Assembly (NCBI GenBank): GCA_951406725.2
Contig: OX597814.1
Coordinates: 39,742,001 to 39,806,000 of the forward strand
Direction of reading: 5' to 3'
DNA length: 64,000 nucleotides
Origin: Octopus vulgaris
Lineage: Eukaryota
Positions within the stretch are counted from its first letter, which is position 1; every line of letters starts with the position of its first letter. Positions 54,481 to 64,000 of the stretch are shown here, in pieces. Below the pieces are notes generated by a model that saw only the letters and a list, made by a program, of their open reading frames with translations, was not told the DNA's origin and did not search any database. Position numbers and translations under genes: made by a program.

Positions 54481-54531
54481 TAATTATAATAATTAGATAA
54501 ATAAATAAATAAAATGACCATCCCGAAATAA
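53856..54531. repeat. Inverted repeat (53856-54007 / 54089-54531); right arm expanded by an (AAT/GAT)n tract
   Basis: tatttcgggatggtcatttta vs taaaatgaccatcccgaaata; ccactcgtttattactg vs cagtaataaacgagtgg. Confidence 0.75.
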
Positions 54532-54879
54532 AATAATATGTTTCGTTAAACGATTTCAGATCAGGAATATTACAAAATTGATAAGCATATTTTTATACTT
54601 TTATATATTTTATATTCTTTGCAATTTTTTGATAACTTCTTTTATGTATTTTCATATATATTTTTATATATTGCTTTTAAGTTTATAAATATTTAGAGTT
54701 TATATTTTACATTCGGAATTATTGGATGTCTTTTTTGCTACTGCTGTTGATTTGTTTTAGTCGAACTCCCCTCTTGTTGTGTTTTTTGAGACACCTTGTT
54801 TTGGCTGTGACATATTTGTTTTACGATTCGCCCTTGTTTGAAGGGGAAAACTTAATATATTTTGTATCGCATTTCATTC

Positions 54880-57120
54880 TGAAAATGAGTGTATCCTCCG
54901 ACGAGGAAGATATATATTTTGACAAATAATTAGAAGCAATGCTAATGACCATGCCTAGGCCAGCAGAAAATACGACAAAGAAAGCTGACGACAATTCTGA
55001 GCAAAACAAGGAAAAACAAATTACTTATTTTGTAGCTTTTTAAACAAAGAGGACTTCAAAATTGAACAATGCGAACTAAGAATGTACAGCGGTCTCCTTC
55101 AAAGGTGGAGGGGATGGCGCACAACGTAAAATTAGTCCCTCCCAGCGAAGTCACTCACACCAACCAAAGGAAGACTATTATATTTAAATTGTATTCTATC
55201 AAAAACAAATGAATTGAATTGGCTTCCAAAGAGGCCATAGAAAAATGTTTAAGCCTCATATGGCAAGACATCACCTATATAGCCAGTGGGAGGAGATGTA
55301 CCACAGTGGAACTACGTTTTTACAATAAGGAAAAAGCCAAGCAACATTTGATGACCTCTCTCAAGTCACCCGAGATGGTTCTCCAGTCATCAAACCTTGA
55401 AAGGCGTACTTCCAGGTTAAATGTACGAGAAATAACACCGCAGATTGATGCTGCCCGGCTAGTAGGAGCACTGGTATTTGGCTTGGAGGAAAAAATCCTT
55501 ATCCTTGAAGCCATCAGCTTTCACCGACGGAACTGGAAGAAGAAGGGGTTAGAGATGCTAATCCAAACTGCCCCTGTGAACTGTAAGAAATTCCACATTC
55601 AGTATTAATTGGAGAAGAAATAATTTTAAGAGTCATGGTGGAGGGACGGAAACCACATTATCATAAGTGTGGCCAAAATGGCCACATAAGAGCAGAGTGC
55701 CCTCCAGCACCTGTACCCACACCACCCGCGGAAACTTCGGTACCTCAACTAGCCGCGAAAATCACTCATGAAGTGGAGGAAGTTACAGAGATACAGGAGC
55801 CAACAGAAGACTCCTAAACAGATAAAAAGAAGAGAAACAGAAATCGAAACATTACAGGAAGATACTGATTGGACTATTGTCGACCCACAAAACAAAACAA
55901 AAAAGTAAAAGAAAACAGAAGAACTCCCTCCGAAACCACACATACGCTAATACACCAATTGCAAGCACACACGCACACACCGTCACAAACACACAAGATC
56001 CCCAAACTCCTCGCCCATCGTCCCGCAAATCATTATAAACATTACGGCTATTAACATTAAAAACATAGAATCAAATAACAATAAGAAAATCGCAACAGTA
56101 AAACCATTTAGCAAACCTTAAACTCGAAGTATCACTCCTAATATTTACTTTTATATCGACAGTATAAACTAAAGAGTGATTAAAAAATCATTTCCCGAGT
56201 AAATTGGACTCTTATACAGGAACTTTTCATCACAGTTATTTAGACAACTTTTAAAGAACACCCCACAAGCCACACCATCTGAAGAACTGGATGAGGAGAG
56301 ATTACCTTCCACCCTCCTGTAAAGGTATGACAACTTTATGTTGCATAAATGGGCTTCGATCACAGTCAACATACGAACCTGTACCAGAGAACTTTCGGGC
56401 CAGGGTCTATGGATAATTTCCAGAAGTCCCTGGCATAGCAACGTTACCAAGGAGCCTTATCTGTTCGGGACAAACTCTAGAGGTACGGTTCTTAATCCGC
56501 GCCAACTTGTCCAAGTTGCGGGAAGACAGTGAAACTCTTCTGCACGCAACTGTGCAATGTCCGAAGATTTCGGAACTTTGTGTTTGTGTTGAACAAATGC
56601 TGCCACTACTGGGATGAGTACAACTGTCATCCGAGTCTATAATTAAGATTGTTCCGCCGTCTTCCCTGAATAGGGAAGAGTAAGCTTGTTTCCCCTGTGC
56701 AGTAGCTACTGCGAAGGAGGTTGCATGGAAGACGCGAGTGAAAGAGATCTTGACGGGCATCTACATATCCAGCCTTGGGTTGGTTAACTTTTTTGTTTTC
56801 CACCTGAAAAAAAAATTGCCTGCCACACAGACTGTTCGGAAAAAGATGGAACACTAGTAAATTTCTTGAGAGTGAATAAACCTGCTTGGACGAAGCATAA
56901 AAGTACTACTAGGTATTCAGTGTTCGGAATGTGGTTTGTGGTGTCGGCGACGTCCCTCACTCCATTTGTGTTATTCGATTCGGTTTCCATATATATTTAT
57001 CTTTAATTGTTAATTATGTTTATCTTAATGTTGTTTTATCAGTCATTCCCCGACCCTTTGTCTGTCTTTTTATTGTCCCTGTTTATTAGTCCTCCATGGA
57101 TAATTAAGATTAAAGTTTAT
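54880..57120 (+). mobile_element. Decayed L1/Tx1-like LINE derivative (ORF1 with zinc knuckle plus 3' relics)
   Basis: VEGRKPHYHKCGQNGHIRAECP is a degenerate CCHC knuckle typical of LINE ORF1, preceded by ORF 55219-55608. Clade assignment and boundaries are tentative. Confidence 0.55.
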
Positions 57121-57150
57121 ATTTTATATACCTTGTCATATATTTTATGC

Positions 57151-57194
<44 letters not shown>

Positions 57195-57489
57195 CTAAAT
57201 TTATTTTAATGCTATAACATTATGACTATGTTAAATTGTAATACACTCCCTTTTTTGCAATTGGGATTTGATTGCCACCCCTATTTTATGTTCTTTTATA
57301 ATTTTATCTCATTATTTCTAAATGCTTTTAATACGGTAATGAATCGAACTAAATTAAACTTCCTCTGTCTTACTTTTTCTCATTATCATCCCCTCCCCTT
57401 CACTCACTTCATTGTTACTACTCTATGCTTTGCTCATTTTGCAAAGATGAAGCCGACATCTAGTCCCATCACTTATTATATTTTAGCAG

Positions 57490-57960
57490 GCTGAGTTGGC
57501 ATCGATTGCTTCTCTCACAACTTAATTGAAATAAAAAGATAGACGATCAGAGCCGTTCCTTCCTCTGTTGTTAGAAGTTAAGATAAATGGATCACTTGGG
57601 TCAATTGAGCCAAAAGACATAGAAATCCTTGCTTCGGATCGAGTTGGATGGCGAACAAAAGTGTGGAGTTGAGTGAAAGCCTTTGAAGAGGTCAGGATAA
57701 CGCATGTAAAACTCAAAGTGATCCAAGGAAGAATGAAACGATCGAGAAGATGAAGGGAAATGAACTTTATGTGTGCACAGACAGTGACAGAGTATGCCTG
57801 TCTTTTGCTGGGCTCGAATCTCATTGCCGAACTCATAGAAAACGAAACCCCACCGAATATGCTATCTATATGTCTGTGCAAACCTTGGAATGCAGTGTAT
57901 GCCAGAAGGTTTGCAAATCCAACGGAGGCCTCAAAAGACAGTTTAAGTTCCACGAATTTC
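57490..57960 (+). mobile_element. 3' fragment of an RTE-clade LINE
   Basis: IEPKDIEILASDRVGWR..VKAFEE followed by C2H2-like CTDSDRVCLSFAGLESHCRTH and CSVCQKVCKSNGGLKR. Confidence 0.75.
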
Positions 57961-58137
57961 AGAACTTATCTGCAGCTCTTGGTGATCCAAAGCGGATAAG
58001 TAATCTGAGTGAGTGTTTTTCAGAACATTGTCTTGTTTAAAAACCCACATCAGATGCCACGATGGTCAACAGATGTAGGTACAGAAGGTGGTCAAACTGC
58101 ATAAAAGTAGGTAATCACCATATATAAATGTATATGT

Positions 58138-58206
<69 letters not shown>

Positions 58207-58239
58207 AAAGAGAGAGAGAGAGAGAGAGATTAATTATGT

Positions 58240-58387
58240 ACCTACTGTGTATCTTTCTGTTGAAGAGCGTAGGCTCGAAACGTTAAAGAATTGTTTTATT
58301 TATATTTCCTGAGCGCCATACTAATACAATTGTTCGTTTGTTTTCCACCTGCCTTCGTCTTTTGTTTATTTTCATAAAGCTTCCCGT

Positions 58388-58390
<3 letters not shown>
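58240..58390 (+). mobile_element. Family F2 HHR-bearing repeat; best-preserved motif at 58253-58288
   Basis: CTTT-CTGTTGA-a-GAGC gtag GCTC-GAAA-CG-TT-AAAG. Confidence 0.72.
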
Positions 58391-58420
<30 letters not shown>

Positions 58421-58929
58421 GGGTATCTGAGAAACACCACCATGCCGAAATAGCAGTCAAAACCTTGACTCTAAAAACCACCTTAAATGTTCATATCGCA
58501 CCATGAGATAAGACATAGAGACAAAATAAACTAGCAAAAATATATTACTGGATAATTCAAGATCCTGGATTTCTAGCTTTGTTTCAAATAAGGTCTGCCT
58601 TCATTAGTTGAATATACCAGATGGGCACATAAATACAAATATACATATACAGAACACACGTTTTACTTACATACATGAACGTCCATACATACATATATAT
58701 ACACGTATGTACAAGGCAAGTTCAAATTGCCCACCAACCACATCATAAATGCGATATGGTCAAAATAAACACTGCAGTGAATATAGTGACGAATTATATA
58801 AATTTATAAATAAGGGTAATATCGATATTTGAACATCGATATTATCTCTTGGCCAGCGTTCATTATCTTTATATGGTATTTATTCCCATGCTGGCCACTA
58901 GATAATATCGATATTATCCTTATTTATAC

Positions 58930-59004
<75 letters not shown>

Positions 59005-59037
59005 TATATATACATATATATACATATACGCATATGC

Positions 59038-59080
<43 letters not shown>

Positions 59081-59181
59081 TATGCATGTGTATATAAATA
59101 TATATATGCATGTATATATGTATATATATATATACATATATACATATATCTATATACAAATATATACACCTATACACACAT

Positions 59182-59313
<132 letters not shown>

Positions 59314-59317
59314 ATTT

Positions 59318-60514
59318 CAAGTTTCAGCTCAGAGCTGTGGCAATGCTGGTTCACCTCCCGTTTTGCCACACTGTTATTATTGAGTGCCTAATCTAATATG
59401 TTGCATTCGGTGAATAAAGGAGTTTGATTTCTCAACCCTCATTTGCACCTCTGGCCGCGAGGTCCAGTTTTGATTAAAAAAACACCTATATCTACTTAGT
59501 GTAGATCCTTCCGGCTGTTTTGGAGAATATTTAAATGCTTTGTACCCCTAAAAGTCAGGCTTTTCCAGTAGCTAGTCCTGAAGCGCGATGGCATTACCGG
59601 CATCTTTAGCACTGTGCAATGTCGACCCGTTCTTGCATGTATGTAGATTTCAATGCTAAAATTTGCAACAAATCCTTCCGGGATCTTGCAGATGTATGTT
59701 ACTGCATGCCTCTCCCGCTTCCGCCCCAGAGAGTAGAGATTAAGCTGTTTCAGCCTTTACCAGTTGTTAAGCTGTTGCAATGAGTGGATCTTGTTTGTGA
59801 AGCTTCGCTGAATTGCTTTAAGATCCGTTGTTAATTTATACTGTTTGCTGACCATAGCTGGGAGCAGTAATACTGGCGGCTGAGAACGAATGTCCTCCAG
59901 AGGAACATCATGGTTTCCTTCTCTCTAGTTCTGTGCGTTCTTCGAAACCATCCAGCCACTTGTCTGCACTTAGTCGCCATCCTGGTAATATGCACTTGAA
60001 GTTGTTATTATAACACATGATGATACCCAGATCCCTCACTGATGTAGACTGTGGGATTGTAAACCTTTCTGGGCCAGTATAACCTGTAAATTTTATATTC
60101 AGTTTTGAACGCTGGTAGCGCAGGTCTTACAATATTTCAGCATTAAACTGCATATTATTATCCTCAGTAAATTAAATTCAACTCCTGCTGCAGGTGTGCA
60201 ACGTCACTGGGGATCTGTATTTTATGCGAGACTTTCGTATCGTCTGCGTAGCTAGCAAGAGTGGATATCCGAAGAGTTGACGGCATATCTGAGAAGGCCA
60301 ACATGACAAGCAGTAATCCTGAGAAAGTATATTGTGAAACACCACTCATTATTTGTGTTTTTATTGAGGTGGCTCCATTGGCCACAACTGCTTGACTTCT
60401 ATTTTTCAGAAAGTCAGATTACCACTCTCCAAGTTTTCCATCTCTGCAAACATCACGCAGCTTATGGCATATCATACCATGATCAACTTTATCAAAACCT
60501 TTTGCACAGTCTAG
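59318..60514 (-). mobile_element. 5'-truncated decayed CR1-like LINE, same family as 37262-39212
   Basis: YLDCAKGFDKVDHG, SGVSQ, SYADDTK; the C-terminal region aligns with 37330-38150. Confidence 0.88.
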
Positions 60515-60515
60515 G

Positions 60516-60577
<62 letters not shown>

Positions 60578-60738
60578 TATATATATGTATATGTGCATAC
60601 ATATATATACACATATACATATACACATATACACACACACATATAAATATACACGCACACGCACATATATATACATATATACATATATATATTTATATAT
60701 ACATATATATACATATGTATCAATATATACTTATGCAC

Positions 60739-60790
<52 letters not shown>

Positions 60791-63068
60791 ATCTTATTTT
60801 TAGTTCTTGAATTCCGTTTATGAAGATTCATTGTGCTTTGTCGATCTCCTTTCAAGTATTAGCTGCCAAATGTACCTATTAAATCAGCTGTGTATATATA
60901 TTAATTTTATTTACAGGGGTCTTTTTCACATGGTACAAGAAAAAATCAGCTCTCTTTTTATTAGCTCTCCTCTGTAGATAGCTTGTCACTTTGTGTCTCA
61001 TCATAAAATTTCTATCACCTAATCGGTTCTATATTTTCCCATTTAATGAAGATAGGCGCCATAGAGTTAAATAATACATGTTCACAATATTGGATATAAG
61101 TGAGGTTTGTTGTCTCATAGAACCATTAAAATAATTTCACTGTAAGTTTTCTTGCTTCGTTATAATCCACTTATTTTGGCATCAATGCATTGAGAAACTT
61201 AGGTAAGATTTTAATAGTTTTTATGTTTTCACAAGCGTCACTTCCTTTTCGTTAGTAAATTCTTAGATTTAAAAATTTGGTACTATCGCTTATTTGCTTT
61301 CATTTTTTTACCTTTCGTAACTATATTCTTTTTGTGAAATTGCATATTACTCTCAATTCGGTAATTGGATTAGTCTTATCCGTTTACAATATTTCCAACT
61401 GTGCTACATTTCCAGAATATTTCTGAATATGTGAATATTTTCGCGTTGTTACAATGAATGTCTGTTGTTAAATCAACACTAAATATATGCAGTGTTTCAA
61501 AAAGTGTCCCGAATCATCGACAGTGATACAAGGAAAATATAATAAAAAATGAATATATGCATAAATAATGAAGAATTTCCAAGATCTATTCCATAATGGC
61601 AAATAGAACGGAGATAAAAAAAAGGCAAGTAAATTAGCAATAATTAATGTTCTATTTATATATATGTTTCTCCTTTCTTTTTCCAAAATAAATATGCATA
61701 TCTAACAGGTGTTAAAAAAAATATACCAAATGTCCAGCCTATCCCCTTTTCTTATATCTCTCTCTCTTTTATTCTCGACCTACATTTAATCCTTGTTTTC
61801 TTTTTTCACATCTCAAAACACACACGCACAAAAACAGCAACGCACTTTAAAAATGACTGGTATGTCTGAATAATTAGCACCTATATGATGTTTATTGAAA
61901 TCGTTTGAGTTTCATAGTTTCCTGAATATCGAGGAGACGTTCACTTTCAGCACACATGACAAACGGGTGTTAGATAAAATAAACAGCCTACATATTAATT
62001 CGAGTTTGAGTGAATAAATATTCTATACTTATTGTATATAATCTATCTGGCGGTGCCCACACGCTCTGTAAGTCCAGTATAATTCTTAAAACGTGTATTC
62101 AACCAAAGATATGATAAAACAGATTTGTTTAAGACACTTCGCAGCTAAATCAATTTCTCATGAACGTTCACAAGTCCCTGATTTTATTGTATTTTTATAT
62201 CTGCATGTATGTATATATTATTCTTTGAATTTAATTTAAGTTCTTAAGAGAGTTTAAGGCAGTCGCTAGCAAAGCAACAACAATTTTGAGTTAAGAGAGT
62301 TCCCGGTGTTTGTAAGTATGTGGTTGATTTGCTGTGTTGCTTAGACCAAGATGTGTGCATTTATTTACATAAGGACCTCACATGGAGAATTTTCGGAATG
62401 TCTTGTAAATCTGCAGTGCGCCACAAATACATTGGACTTGGAGATTCCGCGTCAGATTATTTTGCTCTTTTTTCTGTGTAACCAAATATTTCTAGGCTAT
62501 TGTGTAACGTAATACACCTAACACACCTATGATGGTAGGTACAAGTGAGAATACGTAGTCATGGTACAAGACCTGTAAGTTCCATATTAATCCGCCATAA
62601 GCGTTGGCAATATATGTATGTACGAATGTATAAATGTAAATTCATGTATGCATGTATTGAAGTGTATATTGAAACGTATGTGCATGTAAAAGGGCATGTG
62701 AATAAAAGGGTGAGAGAGAAATATGTCATTGCTTAGAATTCAACAAAACAGTCATAACATGCTGGTTTCGATCAACCATTTACCATAGCTTCATGTCGAC
62801 ATTAGCCTTTTAAGTACAGTTAAGCATGTGCAAACGGAAACTAAAACCAATAGAAAGAGTGCCCTTGGAAATCAAATGACAAGTTTTTGTCACACACTGT
62901 ATCACAGTAAATAATCAGTTCGAAGATTAAATTAGAGTAACGCTTGTCGGTAGATTATTGTTCCATGTCATGAGGTTGGTTAACTGGCCGAACAACGGAG
63001 GATTTATGTAGTTCTTTTTAATGTAATATGTGTAGGAATGTATAGGTATGCATATAAATTCATATATA

Positions 63069-63683
63069 TTTTCGGCATATTTGACATTAGAATTTTTCTT
63101 TTGCCCTTATCTTGTAAATAATTTATAAATTTAACCTTTAAAGGTATTTTTTGATATGCTGGTCAATGATAATTTTTTTTTCCCGAAAAGAGTTTTATCC
63201 TATATTAGTTATAAATTGATTAGTGTTCACTCCGGATTCTATCACTCTGTGAAAGTTTCTAGTTCGAACCACACGTGTCTCGAGATGTGCCGAAGAGTTT
63301 TCTATTTTGGATATATTTGGGGTACTTAGGTCTGCTCAGGACTTGGTGTTTGCTTTTTCCATGGGTATGAGTAAGTATTTCACTTATATCTCGCGTATTT
63401 TCCGCTGAAGAGGGGAAAATTTCTTATTAATTAACTCCGAAATTGGACTAATACGGAAATAACGAATTTTTTAGAAATTTCTATCGGTTTGTTTCGAGAC
63501 GCATAAATTATGATGGTTATTGAAAAGTTTTGTCTTTTTTTCGGCATATTTGGCATTAGAATTTTTCTTTTGCCCTTATCTTGTAAATTATTTATAAATT
63601 TAACCTTTAAAGGTATTTTTTTAAATGCTGGCCATTGATAAAATTATTTTCCCGAAAATTTTTTTATCCATATTATTAGTTAT
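63069..63683 (+). mobile_element. Partial tandem repeat with 469-bp period containing one HHR (pLTR- or retrozyme-like)
   Basis: Direct repeats ~63069-63213 and ~63538-63683, ending in (TA)n. Confidence 0.7.
63399..63459 (+). ncRNA. Type-I hammerhead motif with canonical core (family F11)
   Basis: TTTCCG-CTGAAGA-GGGG...CTCC-GAAA-TTGGACTAA-TA-CGGAAA; 6-bp stem I. Confidence 0.75.
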
Positions 63684-63704
63684 ATATATATATATATATA
63701 TATT

Positions 63705-63747
<43 letters not shown>

Positions 63748-64000
63748 AATATATTGAAACTCACACACAAGGTACAGGAAATTTATATATACACCATCCT
63801 GCTTAAATAATGGAACTGCAAATAAAATATTTTTACCTATCTCACATATTTTATTCCTCCACTTTACTCTGTATTTCATATCATTTCTATAACAACTATT
63901 ACTTAAACATTTTCTTGCAACGTCTGTGATGAAGGGATATATAAAATATCCCAGAAACAGATGTAAGGCCTTCTCTTTATGAATGTTCTGTAAATTATTC

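Noticed and set aside
57750-58040. Host C2H2 zinc-finger gene exon
   Set aside because: Directly follows an RTE ORF C-terminal motif (LASDRVGWR), has degenerate ligands and no TGEKP linker; it belongs to the LINE.

Overview
AT-rich, repeat-saturated eukaryotic (metazoan) DNA with no confidently identifiable host gene. The SINE types and microsatellite load resemble an octopus/cephalopod genome (inference from recognition, not verified). Most long ORFs in the track are translations of (TA)n, (CA)n or (TAA)n tracts. Real coding signal is limited to transposon relics: CR1-type and other APE LINEs, R4/Dong-type restriction-like-endonuclease LINEs embedded in (TAA)n, RTE, an L1/Tx1-like ORF1, a Tc1/mariner transposase, and at least five Penelope-like (RT/GIY-YIG) remnants. 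tRNA-derived SINEs and two Helitron-like elements are also present. The main signal read from the sequence is about 21 minimal type-I hammerhead ribozyme (HHR) motifs, intact or decayed, in about 11 sequence families. They sit mostly in Penelope-type inverted or tandem terminal repeats next to (TA)n. They include a G3-C8 swapped core, a family with U at position 6, forms with very long stem II, and a chimeric element with a tRNA-like head and an HHR tail. All folds were assigned by eye and need computational and biochemical confirmation.
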